A DNA stretch of 62,185 bases from Bacteroidia bacterium (GCA_026391215.1 JAPLDX010000040.1:1-62185); one strand, 5' to 3'; shown: positions 41,811 to 52,585, counted from the stretch's first letter. The notes: generated by a model from the sequence alone, not told the origin. Numbers and translations are program-made.

Positions 41811-43049
41811 GTATCCTATTGCATCGACAGGATTCATTTTGGCAGCTGAAGAGGCAGGAGCATATCCTGCAATAATCCCTATTATTCCTGATATCAATAC
41901 TGCCAGGAGAATGTTTGCCAGAGTAAGATGCATATTCAATTCCCACAGGTAGTTTACAACAATTGTTGCAATGAAGATCATTAAAACACCCAGCAGTCCG
42001 CCTATAACAGAAAGCAGGACAGACTCTGTAAGAAATTGTTGAAGTATAAAGAATCGTTTGGCTCCCAGAGCTTTCTGAATGCCAATTATATTTGTCCTTT
42101 CCCTTACTGATACGAACATGATGTTGGCTATTCCGAAACCGCCGACAAGTATGGCAAATCCTCCAATGATCCAGCCCCCAACATTTATCCCAACAAAGAT
42201 GGAGTCAAAAGCCTGTGTAAGCAGGCTGGCCCGGTTGATTGAAAAATTGGATTCCTCTCCGGGGTGAAGCTTCCGGGCGGCTCTCAGTATCATTGTGACT
42301 TCCTCACTGAGCTCTTCAATAGAGACATTTTCTTTGCTCCTGATCATTAAATTGGATCCGAGGAAAGGATTTCGCATATTAATGAAGGTCCTGGCAAAAT
42401 TTATTGGAACAAGTGTCATCTCATCCATACCGCTGTCGCTTATTCCTCCTTTGCCTTCTTTCTTGAAAACTCCAATGACATTGGTTTTATGACCTGCGAT
42501 AGTGATCTGCTTGCCAACAGGACTGGAACCTTCAAAGAACCTGTCAGCAACCTCATAACCTACTATTGCAACATTCTTCCCTGTCGCTGATTCTTCAGGG
42601 GAGAAATATCTTCCTTCCTCTATTTCAAATGATCTGAGATCCTGAAAGTCATGTGTAGTTGCCCATATATATGCATTATCTGACTGGATTTTTCTGTAAC
42701 GCATTGATTCTGGCTCAACTATAGAAAAACTGGCAACTTCTGTTTTTGTCGATTTTTTCATTATGGCTTCATAGTCCTTCATCGACACCACAGGCCATTT
42801 GATGATCTTCCAATATTCAAGGTTGGGATCGAATGACCATGGAAATTTCTGGACGTAGACCACATTATCCCCCAGTGTCGCAAGAGAATCACGGATCGCT
42901 TTTTCCATCCAGTCAAGAACAGTAAATACCGAGATTATCGTAAATATCCCGATAGTTATTCCGAAAAGTGACAGGAATGTCCTTAACTTATTAACGCCAA
43001 GAGAGTTGACAGCAAACAGGAAGCTTTCTTTAAATAGTCTGAAAAACAT
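41799..43049 (-). CDS. MacB/FtsX-family ABC transporter permease
   Basis: [55 protein letters not shown]. Confidence 0.9.
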   Translation of the reverse strand: MFFRLFKESFLFAVNSLGVNKLRTFLSLFGITIGIFTIISVFTVLDWMEKAIRDSLATLGDNVVYVQKFPWSFDPNLEYWKIIKWPVVSMKDYEAIMKKSTKTEVASFSIVEPESMRYRKIQSDNAYIWATTHDFQDLRSFEIEEGRYFSPEESATGKNVAIVGYEVADRFFEGSSPVGKQITIAGHKTNVIGVFKKEGKGGISDSGMDEMTLVPINFARTFINMRNPFLGSNLMIRSKENVSIEELSEEVTMILRAARKLHPGEESNFSINRASLLTQAFDSIFVGINVGGWIIGGFAILVGGFGIANIMFVSVRERTNIIGIQKALGAKRFFILQQFLTESVLLSVIGGLLGVLMIFIATIVVNYLWELNMHLTLANILLAVLISGIIGIIAGYAPASSAAKMNPVDAIGYSFG

Positions 43050-43078
43050 TCTTTTCCTCCCGGAAATTATTTGAGTTC

Positions 43079-43086
43079 CAAAGATA
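43079..43086 (-). promoter_or_regulatory. Bacteroidota -7 box for the ABC permease gene
   Basis: CAAAGATA on the plus strand = TATCTTTG. Confidence 0.5.
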
Positions 43087-43230
43087 AGAAAAAAGATATG
43101 TTCGTGATGAAATTATTCTCAAATGCAGAATTCAAGATAATCATAACTGTTATTTATTGAGGATAATAAAAAAATATATATTTTTATCCGCCCTAATCAA
43201 CGAGGTCCAACCTGTCATAATTATCAGATA

Positions 43231-44754
43231 ATGAGTGAAAAAATAATCAAGAGCGCCTTAATTTCAGTTTTTTATAAAGAAGGACTGGAAGATATCGTAA
43301 GAGCACTTCATAGTTTAAATGTGAAAATCTGTTCAACGGGCGGCACTTTTAATTTCATAAAGGAGCTTGGCATTCCTGCCGGCAAAGTCGAAGATCTTAC
43401 CACTTATCCTTCTATTTTGGGAGGGCGGGTCAAAACTCTTCATCCTTCAGTTTTTGGCGGAATACTGGCACGCAGGGGCAATGCTGAAGATATGGAACAG
43501 GTAAAGAAGTACAATATCCCTGAGATTGACCTGGTAATTGTTGATCTTTATCCGTTTGAACAAACAGTCGCAAATACCACTGATGAAGATGAAATAATTG
43601 AAAAGATAGACATCGGCGGAATATCACTGATAAGGGCAGCAGCAAAGAATTTCAATGACGTGCTGGTTGTTTCGGGAAGAGAACAATATCCGGAAGTGCT
43701 TGCATTGCTTAAAGAAAAGAAAGGTGTTACTACACTTCAGGAAAGGAAGCTTTATGCTGCAAAAGCTTTTAAAACCTCATCAAATTACGATACTGCAATC
43801 TTCAGATATTTCAACAGAGAGGCCGGGATCCCGGCTTTCAGGGAAAGCATAGATACGGCATATCCTATCAGGTACGGAGAAAATCCACACCAGAAAGGAA
43901 TATTCTTCGGTGATCCGGACAAGATATTTGACAAGCTCCATGGGAAGGAGATTTCGTACAACAACCTCCTGGATATTGAATCTGCACTTGGACTTATTGA
44001 TGAATTCACAGAAACTACTTGTGTAATTATCAAGCACAACAATGCATGCGGGGCAGCTTCAAGGAAAAACATCACAGAGGCATGGAAGGCGGCGCTTGCA
44101 TGTGATCCTGTTTCTGCTTTCGGTGGGGTAATTGCTTCCAACATTACCATCGATGAAGCCGCTGCTGTAGAAATGGACAAGATATTTTTTGAAATAATCA
44201 TTGCTCCCGAATATACCAGATCCGCACTCGAAATTTTGAAACAAAAGAAAAACAGAATAATCCTTAAAAGGAAAAAATCAGAAAAAAGCCTTTTTGTTTT
44301 CAGGTCGTTGCTTAACGGTGTTTTGTGGCAGGAAAGGGATAACAGCACTCAATCGGCAATGGATATGAAACCTGTTACGCCAAAAATTCCGGGACAGGCT
44401 GAATTCAATGATCTTGTCTTTGCAAATATAATTGTAAAGCACAGTAAATCAAATACAATCGTTTTGGCAAAAGATAGCCAGCTTTGCGCCAGCGGTGTCG
44501 GACAGACATCACGTGTGGATGCTTTAAAGCAGGCAATTGAAAAGGCAAAAGCTTTCGGATTCAGCCTGGAGGGAGCAGTTATGGCGTCAGATGCATTTTT
44601 CCCTTTTAACGATTGTGTTGAAATAGCACATAAGGCAGGAATTACGGCTGTTGTTCAACCTGGAGGATCGGTGCGCGACAAGGATTCAATTGATTATTGT
44701 TCATCCAATGGGATTGCAATGGTATTTACAGGAATAAGACACTTTAAACATTAA
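43231..44754 (+). CDS. purH: Bifunctional AICAR formyltransferase / IMP cyclohydrolase
   Basis: STGGT, GGRVKTLHP, IDIGG, RYGENPHQ, KHNNACG, ASDAFFPF, QPGGS, RHFKH. Confidence 0.97.
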   Translation: MSEKIIKSALISVFYKEGLEDIVRALHSLNVKICSTGGTFNFIKELGIPAGKVEDLTTYPSILGGRVKTLHPSVFGGILARRGNAEDMEQVKKYNIPEIDLVIVDLYPFEQTVANTTDEDEIIEKIDIGGISLIRAAAKNFNDVLVVSGREQYPEVLALLKEKKGVTTLQERKLYAAKAFKTSSNYDTAIFRYFNREAGIPAFRESIDTAYPIRYGENPHQKGIFFGDPDKIFDKLHGKEISYNNLLDIESALGLIDEFTETTCVIIKHNNACGAASRKNITEAWKAALACDPVSAFGGVIASNITIDEAAAVEMDKIFFEIIIAPEYTRSALEILKQKKNRIILKRKKSEKSLFVFRSLLNGVLWQERDNSTQSAMDMKPVTPKIPGQAEFNDLVFANIIVKHSKSNTIVLAKDSQLCASGVGQTSRVDALKQAIEKAKAFGFSLEGAVMASDAFFPFNDCVEIAHKAGITAVVQPGGSVRDKDSIDYCSSNGIAMVFTGIRHFKH

Positions 44755-44763
44755 TATTAATAT

Positions 44764-45786
44764 ATGGGACTTTTTTCATTTTTGACTCAGGAGATTGCTA
44801 TTGATCTCGGGACGGCAAATACTATAATCATTCACAATGACAAAATTGTCGTTGATGAACCTTCTATAGTAGCAATAGATAAGAATTCAGGAAAACTGAT
44901 AGCAATAGGGGAAGCGGCAAGACAGATGCACGGGAAGACGCATGAGAACATAAAGACTGTCAGACCGATGAAGGATGGGGTTATAGCTGATTTCAATGCA
45001 GCCGAGCTGATGATCAGGGGAATGATCAAAATGATAAACAGGGGCCCGCGTCTGTTTTCACCATCCCTGAAAATGGTAGTATGTATCCCATCGGGTAGTA
45101 CTGAAGTAGAGATACGTGCGGTGCGTGACTCATCAGAGCATGCAGGCGGAAGGGATGTCTATATGATATATGAACCAATGGCTGCAGCAATAGGCATTGG
45201 TCTGGATGTGGAAGCTCCTGAAGGTTTCATGGTCATAGATATCGGCGGAGGCACAACTGAAATAGCTGTAATTGCTCTCGGAGGGATCGTTTGTAACAAG
45301 TCGATCAGAATCGCAGGTGATGGATTTACAGCTGATATTCAGGCTTATATGAGGCATCAGCATAATATCAAAATAGGTGAAAAGACTGCAGAAGATATCA
45401 AAATTGGAGTAGGGGCTGCTCTTCCTGATATCGAAAATCCACCAGCCGATTATGTGGTCAGAGGTCCAAATATAATGACAGCCCTGCCAATTGAAATACC
45501 AATATCTTATCAGGAGATTGCATATTGTCTCGATAAATCATTGTCAAAGGTAGAAGCAGCTCTGCTTAATGTTCTTGAACAAACCCCGCCGGAACTGTAT
45601 GCTGATGTTGTGGATAAGGGGATATATATGGTTGGCGGCGGCGCTCTTCTGAGAGGCCTCGATAAAAGATTTTCTGATAAGATCAATATTAAGTTTAATG
45701 TAGTGGAAGATCCCCTTCATGCAGTTGCAAGGGGTACTGGTGTGGCACTTAAAAACGTTGATAAATTTCCATTCCTTATGAGATAA
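44764..45786 (+). CDS. mreB: Rod shape-determining protein MreB
   Basis: IDLGTANT, DGVIADF, EPMAAAIG, DIGGGTT, GGGALL. Confidence 0.97.
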   Translation: MGLFSFLTQEIAIDLGTANTIIIHNDKIVVDEPSIVAIDKNSGKLIAIGEAARQMHGKTHENIKTVRPMKDGVIADFNAAELMIRGMIKMINRGPRLFSPSLKMVVCIPSGSTEVEIRAVRDSSEHAGGRDVYMIYEPMAAAIGIGLDVEAPEGFMVIDIGGGTTEIAVIALGGIVCNKSIRIAGDGFTADIQAYMRHQHNIKIGEKTAEDIKIGVGAALPDIENPPADYVVRGPNIMTALPIEIPISYQEIAYCLDKSLSKVEAALLNVLEQTPPELYADVVDKGIYMVGGGALLRGLDKRFSDKINIKFNVVEDPLHAVARGTGVALKNVDKFPFLMR

Positions 45787-45799
45787 CCTGCCTGTGTGA

Positions 45800-46621
45800 A
45801 TGAGAAATCTGCTTAATTTTCTTGCGAAATATAACAATCTTATCATCTTTCTCGTACTTGAAGGGATAGCATTTTATTTACTCAGCACAGGCAACAATTA
45901 TCACAACACAAAGGTGGTTAAAGGAATAAGGGGAACTACCCGCGGCCTGGAGCAAAAAATAAGCAACACCAGGTCATATTTCAGACTCAGGGATATAAAC
46001 CAGGAGCTTGCATCTGAAAATAATTCTCTTAAAAACACTATTAGCCGGCTGATGAAGAAAGAAGATCTGCTTTTTTTTTCAGTATCCGATACAATATTTA
46101 ACCAGCAATACAAATACTCATCAGCTGAGGTTATTGATAATTCAGTAAACCGGCAAAAGAACTTCTTTACGATCAATAAAGGGAGAAAGCAGGGCTTATC
46201 AGCTGATATGGCAGTTATTTCGGGTGAAAGCGTTGCAGGGGTGATTGTCGGATATTCCGATAACTTTTCTATTGTCATGTCACTCCTTAACCTGGATTTC
46301 AGGTTAAGTGCAAGGATAAGATCTAACGGATATTTTGGTTCATTAAGCTGGGACGGGATTGATTATAAAAATGTAATTCTCAGCGAAATACCCCGGCATG
46401 TGCCTGTCAGCCTGGGGGATACTGTTGAAACAACGGGCTATTCCGCAATTTTCCCGGAAGGAATAATGATAGGCGTAGTCAGCGATTTTGAAAAACCGGG
46501 AGGAGATTTTTACACGATAAAAGTTGCGCTGAAAACAGATTTCAGAAAACTCCATTTTGTGAACGTGATAGGGAACATGAAGAAAACAGAACAGATTGAA
46601 CTTGAAAATTCATTTCAATGA
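45800..46621 (+). CDS. mreC: Rod shape-determining protein MreC
   Basis: N-terminal TM and coiled coil, INKG, GDTVETTGYSAIFPEGI, operon position. Confidence 0.92.
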   Translation: MRNLLNFLAKYNNLIIFLVLEGIAFYLLSTGNNYHNTKVVKGIRGTTRGLEQKISNTRSYFRLRDINQELASENNSLKNTISRLMKKEDLLFFSVSDTIFNQQYKYSSAEVIDNSVNRQKNFFTINKGRKQGLSADMAVISGESVAGVIVGYSDNFSIVMSLLNLDFRLSARIRSNGYFGSLSWDGIDYKNVILSEIPRHVPVSLGDTVETTGYSAIFPEGIMIGVVSDFEKPGGDFYTIKVALKTDFRKLHFVNVIGNMKKTEQIELENSFQ

Positions 46622-47124
46622 TCAACTCAATCCTTAGATATGGGCTGATCTTTTTCCTGCTGATCCTTCTCCAGATTCTGCTGTTTAATAATATTGAGTT
46701 CAGCGGGTACGTTAATCCCTATGTCTACATAATGTTCATTCTGCTTCTTCCGGTTGAGATCCCGTCATGGCTTCTTCTTATCCTTTCATTTTTTACAGGA
46801 CTTGTAATTGATATTTTCTGTGGTTCTCCCGGAATGCATACTTCCGCAACTGTTCTTGCAGGATTTGTTCGTCCATATGTTTTGAGGCTGATATCACCAA
46901 GAGACGGTTATGAACCCGGCACGGATCCCTCAATGATGATCTATGGCTTCAGATGGTTCTTGTTCTATACGCTGATCATTGTGTTTATCCATCATTTCAC
47001 ATTGTTTTACCTGGAGGTATTCCGCTTTACAGATTTCTTCCTGACACTCCTCAGGGTGATATTAAGCTCGCTTTTCTCGATAGCCTTCATTCTTCTTCTT
47101 GAATATGCAAGGAGAGGAAAATAA
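46618..47124 (+). CDS. mreD: Rod shape-determining protein MreD
   Basis: Highly hydrophobic 168-aa ORF between mreC and mrdA; GLVIDIF. Confidence 0.88.
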   Translation: MINSILRYGLIFFLLILLQILLFNNIEFSGYVNPYVYIMFILLLPVEIPSWLLLILSFFTGLVIDIFCGSPGMHTSATVLAGFVRPYVLRLISPRDGYEPGTDPSMMIYGFRWFLFYTLIIVFIHHFTLFYLEVFRFTDFFLTLLRVILSSLFSIAFILLLEYARRGK

Positions 47125-47135
47125 ATGAACGGATT

Positions 47136-48977
47136 ATGAAGGATATATACGTTAACAGGAAATATGTCATAATCGGGCTGATCATTGTGGTATCTCTGAT
47201 ACTGATAATCAAAATGTTCGTAATTCAGGTTGTTGAGGATACTTACAGGATGTCGGCAGATAACAATGTTCTCAGATATGTCACCCAGTACCCGGCACGC
47301 GGACTGATCTATGACCGTAACGGTAAGCTTGTGGTTTTTAACCAGGCTGCATATGATCTGATGGTCATTCCGGCTCAGACAGGGAAGATGGATACTTCAC
47401 TCTTTTGCAGCGACCTGGGAATAACAAAAGCCATTCTGAAGGAAAAAATGAAATCTGCTGTTACATATTCCCGAAGGGCACCTTCGGTATTTCTGAAGCA
47501 GATATCAGCTGAGACCTATGCAAAGTTCCAGGAAAAGATGTTCATGTATCCCGGATTCTATGTTCAGCCCCGAACTCTTAGGAAATATTCCAGGCCTGTT
47601 GCTGCTCATCTTCTCGGATATGTAAGTGAGGCGGATGAGTCGTTGATCAGACAGGATCCCTACTATAAACCGGGAGACTATATCGGAAAGCTTGGTATCG
47701 AGGAAGCTTATGAAAAAGAACTGAGAGGAACCAGAGGTGTAAAAATCTTTATGGTAGATGTATACAGCCGCATAAAGGGATCATATGCCGAAGGCGACAT
47801 GGATACACTGGCTGTTCAAGGGAGAGATATTATTTCAGCCATTGACCTCGATCTCCAGGAATACGGTGAGAGGCTTATGCAGAATAAGACAGGGAGCATT
47901 GTTGCGATAGAACCGGGAACAGGCGAAATTCTTGCACTCGTTTCATCTCCTAATTATGATCCGGGTTTGCTGGTTGGAAGAATCAGATCGGAAAATTTTA
48001 CCGGGTTGCAGGCCGATACCCTGCTGCCACTATTTAACAGGGCATTCATGGCTTCATATCCCCCCGGATCAACTTTTAAACCTATAAACGGACTGATTGC
48101 TCTCCAGGAGAAAGTTATTTATCCTTCAACCAGGTTCGGATGCGATAATGGTTATCTTTTTGTTGCATGTCATTCACATTCATCCCCTCTCGATCTTGAA
48201 GGTGCAATAATGAATTCATGCAATTCCTATTTCTGCCAGACATATAGAAGAATACTGGAAAATCCACGGTATGCATCTGTCTCCGAAGCTTATGGAAAAT
48301 GGAAGAGTTATCTTGATGAATTCGGCTTTGGCAAGAAACTTGGCAGCGAATTTGTCAACGAACTTCCCGGATTAATACCCCCACCCTCATATTTCGAAAG
48401 GTTTTATGGCAAGAACACCTGGAAGGCGCTGAATGTGATCTCATTGGCTATCGGGCAGGGAGAGATAGGTACGACTCCGATGCAGATGGCTAATATGACT
48501 GCTGCAATTGCTAACAGGGGATATTTTTATACTCCGCATATTGTAAAGTCAATTGGCAGCGGCGGAAGAATAGATTCTGCATTTACAACAAGGCATAAAA
48601 TAAGCATTGATTCGGTAAATTTTGAAAGTGTCATCAATGGAATGGAGGCTGCAGTAAACGGCGGAGCCGGTGCAACAGCGCGAATAGCTGCACTTCAGGA
48701 TATTATTGTATGCGGCAAAACCGGAACAGCCGAAAATCCTCATGGTGAAGACCATTCAGTTTTTATTGCTTTTGCACCCAGGGATAATCCTAAGATTGCA
48801 ATAGCTGTATATGTGGAAAATGCAGGTTTCGGGGCTACATATGCTGCACCGGTTGCAAGCCTGATTATTGAAAAGTATCTTAAAGGAGAGATCTCTGAAG
48901 CTAATAAGTGGCAGGAGCAACGAATACTTGAACTTAACCTGATAAACAAATTGCCTGCAATTGAAACGGAGCATTAA
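47136..48977 (+). CDS. mrdA: Penicillin-binding protein 2
   Basis: PARGLIYDRNG, YPPGSTFK (SxxK), SCN (SxN), KTGTAE. Confidence 0.95.
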   Translation: MKDIYVNRKYVIIGLIIVVSLILIIKMFVIQVVEDTYRMSADNNVLRYVTQYPARGLIYDRNGKLVVFNQAAYDLMVIPAQTGKMDTSLFCSDLGITKAILKEKMKSAVTYSRRAPSVFLKQISAETYAKFQEKMFMYPGFYVQPRTLRKYSRPVAAHLLGYVSEADESLIRQDPYYKPGDYIGKLGIEEAYEKELRGTRGVKIFMVDVYSRIKGSYAEGDMDTLAVQGRDIISAIDLDLQEYGERLMQNKTGSIVAIEPGTGEILALVSSPNYDPGLLVGRIRSENFTGLQADTLLPLFNRAFMASYPPGSTFKPINGLIALQEKVIYPSTRFGCDNGYLFVACHSHSSPLDLEGAIMNSCNSYFCQTYRRILENPRYASVSEAYGKWKSYLDEFGFGKKLGSEFVNELPGLIPPPSYFERFYGKNTWKALNVISLAIGQGEIGTTPMQMANMTAAIANRGYFYTPHIVKSIGSGGRIDSAFTTRHKISIDSVNFESVINGMEAAVNGGAGATARIAALQDIIVCGKTGTAENPHGEDHSVFIAFAPRDNPKIAIAVYVENAGFGATYAAPVASLIIEKYLKGEISEANKWQEQRILELNLINKLPAIETEH

Positions 48978-50385
48978 TATCTGGCAGGGGATCGATAAAA
49001 TATCGATTCTTCTTTTCCTGGTGCTGGTCATCATGGGATGGTTCAATATTTATGCTGCTGTATATAATGAAGACCACAAAGGAATTTTTGATCTTTCCCA
49101 GCGTTACGGGAAACAGTTCATCTGGATACTCGCATCGCTGGTACTGGCTGTATTTATTGTAATTATTGATACCAGGTTCTATTTCTTTTTTGCCTGGCTG
49201 ATATATGGAGGACTCATATTCCTTCTTATGCTTGTACTTATCTTAGGGAAAGATATAAATGGCGCCAGATCATGGTTTGAATTCGGGCAGGTAAGCTTTC
49301 AGCCTTCCGAATTTGCCAAATTTGGAACAGCCTTGGTTCTTGCGGATTTCTTAAACAAGCGAAGACATGAGCTCACAAAGCTAAAAGTGATCATCCCTTC
49401 CGCAGCTATAATTCTTTTGCCGGCTATTCTTACAGCATTACAACCCGACCTGGGATCCACTGTCGTATTCTTTTCATTCTTTGTAGTATTGTACAGGGAA
49501 GGTATGAGCCCTTTCATTTTTGTATCAGGATTGTTAATGCTGGTACTTTTCTTTTTCACTTTGCTTATAAATGATATTTACCTGGAAATTGGCATTATTG
49601 TCATTGCATTTCTTCTAACCTGGCTCGTAACAAGAAAATGGAAGGTATTTGTCACAGGGCTTGGAATTTTCTTATTCATCTCAGGAGCTTTATACGTACT
49701 CGATCATTTTGTAATTAATTCTCTTGGCAATAAGCTTGTCATATTGCTTTCGCTTATCCTGTCAGGGATAGCATTTGCATACTATATATACCAGAAGAAA
49801 GCAATATCAGTGCTGATTATTTATCTCTTTCTTCTGGGAAGCATAATATATATTGATTCGGTGGATTATGGCTACAGCCACCTGCTTAAGCCGCATCAAA
49901 GAGAAAGGGTGGAAATTATGCTTGGCTTCAAATCGGATCCACATGGCACAGGGTATAATGTAAATCAGTCAATGATATCTATTGGTTCCGGAGGAATGAC
50001 AGGAAAAGGATATCTCCAGGGCACACAGACGAAATTCAAATTTGTTCCTGCACAGAGCACCGATTTTATTTTTTGTACTATCGGGGAAGAATGGGGTTTT
50101 CTGGGATCAGTGACTGTGGTCGGTTTATATCTTTTTCTTCTGCTAAGGCTTATAATGCTTGCAGAACGACAGCGATCAGTGTTTTCAAGAATTTATGGCT
50201 ATGGTGTCGTGTCAATTCTGTTTACTCATTTTTTTATAAACATTGGTATGGCCATTGGCCTGGTACCTGTAATAGGAATACCATTACCCTTCTTAAGCTA
50301 TGGAGGCAGCTCCCTCTGGGGATTTACAATACTGTTGTTTATTTTTCTCAGACTTGATGCCAGCCGAACTGAATATCTTGTATGA
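48961..50385 (+). CDS. rodA: Rod shape-determining protein RodA (SEDS)
   Basis: GARSW, QPSEFAK, QPDLG, IGSGG, TDFIF, EEWG, GIPLPFLSYGGS. TTG start overlaps the mrdA end. Confidence 0.93.
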   Translation: MKRSINIWQGIDKISILLFLVLVIMGWFNIYAAVYNEDHKGIFDLSQRYGKQFIWILASLVLAVFIVIIDTRFYFFFAWLIYGGLIFLLMLVLILGKDINGARSWFEFGQVSFQPSEFAKFGTALVLADFLNKRRHELTKLKVIIPSAAIILLPAILTALQPDLGSTVVFFSFFVVLYREGMSPFIFVSGLLMLVLFFFTLLINDIYLEIGIIVIAFLLTWLVTRKWKVFVTGLGIFLFISGALYVLDHFVINSLGNKLVILLSLILSGIAFAYYIYQKKAISVLIIYLFLLGSIIYIDSVDYGYSHLLKPHQRERVEIMLGFKSDPHGTGYNVNQSMISIGSGGMTGKGYLQGTQTKFKFVPAQSTDFIFCTIGEEWGFLGSVTVVGLYLFLLLRLIMLAERQRSVFSRIYGYGVVSILFTHFFINIGMAIGLVPVIGIPLPFLSYGGSSLWGFTILLFIFLRLDASRTEYLV

Positions 50386-50997
50386 TCAGAATGGTATTGT
50401 TATCCTGTGCGATATCTCAATCCCGAAATCTTTTTCCACATAATCAATTAGCTGAGGAAAGAACTCCATGAAATCATCCTGGAGTGAATAATAGTTTTTC
50501 TTGAGTGCGCGAATGGCAAATCGCGTTTCTTTAGGCAAGGTGGTGTGGTTACTGAGCGTTTTCAGAACATGGCGGATGCCGCTTGTGGTCTGATATGTTT
50601 CTATCCAGTTATTGATGATAAAGAATGGCATCATCTCCCGGACGTTTTCCGGCAGGATATCGTAATTGTTTACTAGTGCCCTGTAAAAGTTATAGGTAAC
50701 ACTTTCAAGAGGTCTCCTTGAAAAAAAATTCCATTCCTTGGTCAGAAAATGATCGTAAATTATATCCGTGACAACACCTGAATACCTGTGGTATTTTCTG
50801 GAAAAGAATATCTTACTGCGATGTACTACCGGATGACGATCAGTAAATCCGTCAATATGACGATGAAGAATTATCCCTTTTCGGATCATATCAGGATAAT
50901 TTAAATAATCACGCCCCTTCACATAATCGCCAATGTAATTTCCGATGATTATTTTATCGGAATCACCTGATAAGTATATGTGAGCGAGTACGTTCAT
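50386..50997 (-). CDS. acpH: ACP phosphodiesterase (AcpH/DUF479 family)
   Basis: MNVLAHIYLS, GDYVKG, LHRHIDGFTDRHP, DIIYDHFL. Confidence 0.85.
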   Translation of the reverse strand: MNVLAHIYLSGDSDKIIIGNYIGDYVKGRDYLNYPDMIRKGIILHRHIDGFTDRHPVVHRSKIFFSRKYHRYSGVVTDIIYDHFLTKEWNFFSRRPLESVTYNFYRALVNNYDILPENVREMMPFFIINNWIETYQTTSGIRHVLKTLSNHTTLPKETRFAIRALKKNYYSLQDDFMEFFPQLIDYVEKDFGIEISHRITIPF

Positions 50998-51086
50998 ATG
51001 ATGATATAATAGTACAAAGAATTTATCATTTCAGATATGTAAAAAAAACATTTTCTTTATAGCTCGGATTTTCGATATACAAATTA

Positions 51087-51094
51087 TACATTTG
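51087..51094 (+). promoter_or_regulatory. Bacteroidota -7 box for the ArcE-like gene
   Basis: TACATTTG. Confidence 0.5.
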
Positions 51095-51163
51095 TTATTC
51101 ATTATAATATAAACTAAACGTATTTCATATAAATTAATTTTTCTAAAAAATTATGGAGGCTTT

Positions 51164-52519
51164 ATGAATAGGAAGAATGTTATTATAATTGGTGCAGCAG
51201 GAAGGGATTTCCACAATTTCAACACTTACTTCAGGGATAATGAAAGTTATAATGTAGTTGCATTTACAGCAGCCCAGATACCTGATATAGATGGCAGAAA
51301 ATATCCTTTTGAGCTAGCCGGCAAGCTGTATCCCAAGGGCATCCCGATATTTGCTGAAGGAAATCTTCCTGAACTGATACGGAAATATAAAGTTGATGAT
51401 TGTGTCTTTTCATACAGTGATGTAACTTACCAGAGAGTTATGTCGGTCAGCGCCATTGTTAACTCTGCAGGCGCAAATTTTGTGCTGCTGGGACCAAATG
51501 ATACCATGGTCAAAAGTACAAAGCCTCTTATAGCAGTAGGAGCGATCAGAACCGGCTGCGGAAAGAGCCAGACTTCAAGAAGGGTCATTGAGCTTCTTAT
51601 GGCTAAAGGATTGAAGGTAGTAGCAGTCCGGCACCCTATGCCATACGGAAATCTTGCTGAGCAAAAAGTACAGAGGTTTGCTACAATCAGGGATCTCGAA
51701 AAACATAAATGTACTGTTGAAGAAATGGAAGAATATGAACCCCATATAGTAAGAGGCAATGTCATTTATGCCGGTGTCGACTACGAAGCGATCTTAAGGA
51801 AAGCAGAAAAGGATCCTGCCGGCTGTGATGTAGTAGTCTGGGATGGAGGTAACAATGACTTTCCATTTTATAAACCCGACCTTATGATAACAGTTACAGA
51901 TCCTCACAGGGCAGGGCACGAATTAAGATACTATCCTGGAGAGGTGACTTTACGTTTAGCTGATGTGGTGATAATCAACAAAATGGACAGCGCTTCTCCG
52001 GAAGCAATACAAATAGTCCGTGAAAGCATCACAAAAGTTAATCCGAAAGCTATTGTCATTGATGGCGCCTCCCCGATAAAAGTTGATAATCCTTCAGTTA
52101 TTCGAGGGAAAAAGGTGCTTGTCGTTGAGGACGGACCCACTTTGACTCATGGTGAAATGAAACTTGGAGCCGGCATCATTGCCGCCCGTAAATTCGGAGC
52201 TGCTGAGCTTGTAGATCCGAGACCATATATAGTTGGAAAGCTGAAAGAAACATTCAGCATCTATCCAAATATCGGAACCCTTCTTCCCGCAATGGGCTAT
52301 GGGAAACAGCAATTAAAGGATCTTGAAAGCACAATCAATAAGACAAAATGTGACAGCGTAATAATTGCAACTCCTATTGATCTCAACAGGATCATCAATA
52401 TTAAAAAGCCCAATACCCGGGTTTATTATGATCTTCAGGAAATAGGAGATCCAAACCTGACACAGGTTCTTGATGATTTTATTAAGAAGCATAAGCTGGC
52501 AAGAAAGAAAAAAGCGTAG
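51164..52519 (+). CDS. arcE: Probable arginine synthetase (ArcE family; often auto-annotated as GTPase or cyclic 2,3-diphosphoglycerate synthase)
   Basis: GAAGRDFHNFN, AFTAAQIPDI, P-loop RTGCGKSQT, RHPMPYG, EEYEP, WDGGNND, EDGPTLTHG and LPAMGY match my recollection of Thermococcus ArcE. Confidence 0.75.
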   Translation: MNRKNVIIIGAAGRDFHNFNTYFRDNESYNVVAFTAAQIPDIDGRKYPFELAGKLYPKGIPIFAEGNLPELIRKYKVDDCVFSYSDVTYQRVMSVSAIVNSAGANFVLLGPNDTMVKSTKPLIAVGAIRTGCGKSQTSRRVIELLMAKGLKVVAVRHPMPYGNLAEQKVQRFATIRDLEKHKCTVEEMEEYEPHIVRGNVIYAGVDYEAILRKAEKDPAGCDVVVWDGGNNDFPFYKPDLMITVTDPHRAGHELRYYPGEVTLRLADVVIINKMDSASPEAIQIVRESITKVNPKAIVIDGASPIKVDNPSVIRGKKVLVVEDGPTLTHGEMKLGAGIIAARKFGAAELVDPRPYIVGKLKETFSIYPNIGTLLPAMGYGKQQLKDLESTINKTKCDSVIIATPIDLNRIINIKKPNTRVYYDLQEIGDPNLTQVLDDFIKKHKLARKKKA

Positions 52520-52585
52520 TTTTAAACTACGCTTATCATTGAATAACATTGAAATAAAAGCTTGGCGTAGTTTGTAACTACGCCA
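52512..52585. repeat. Doublet of GCGTAGTT-N3-AACTACGC palindromes between convergent genes
   Basis: AAGCGTAGTTTTAAACTACGCTT (52512-52534) and TGGCGTAGTTTGTAACTACGCCA (52563-52585). Confidence 0.85.

Noticed and set aside
43050-43230. ZTP riboswitch upstream of purH
   Set aside because: The region is AT-rich with none of the conserved GC-rich ZTP motif segments.
50998-51163. ARG box upstream of the ArcE-like gene
   Set aside because: Only weak AT-rich half matches; no TGNAT-W4-ATNCA site.
51164-52519. Cyclic 2,3-diphosphoglycerate synthase annotation
   Set aside because: It lacks the N-terminal DGEHY motif I recall for CpgS, and the motifs fit the ArcE-like subfamily better.
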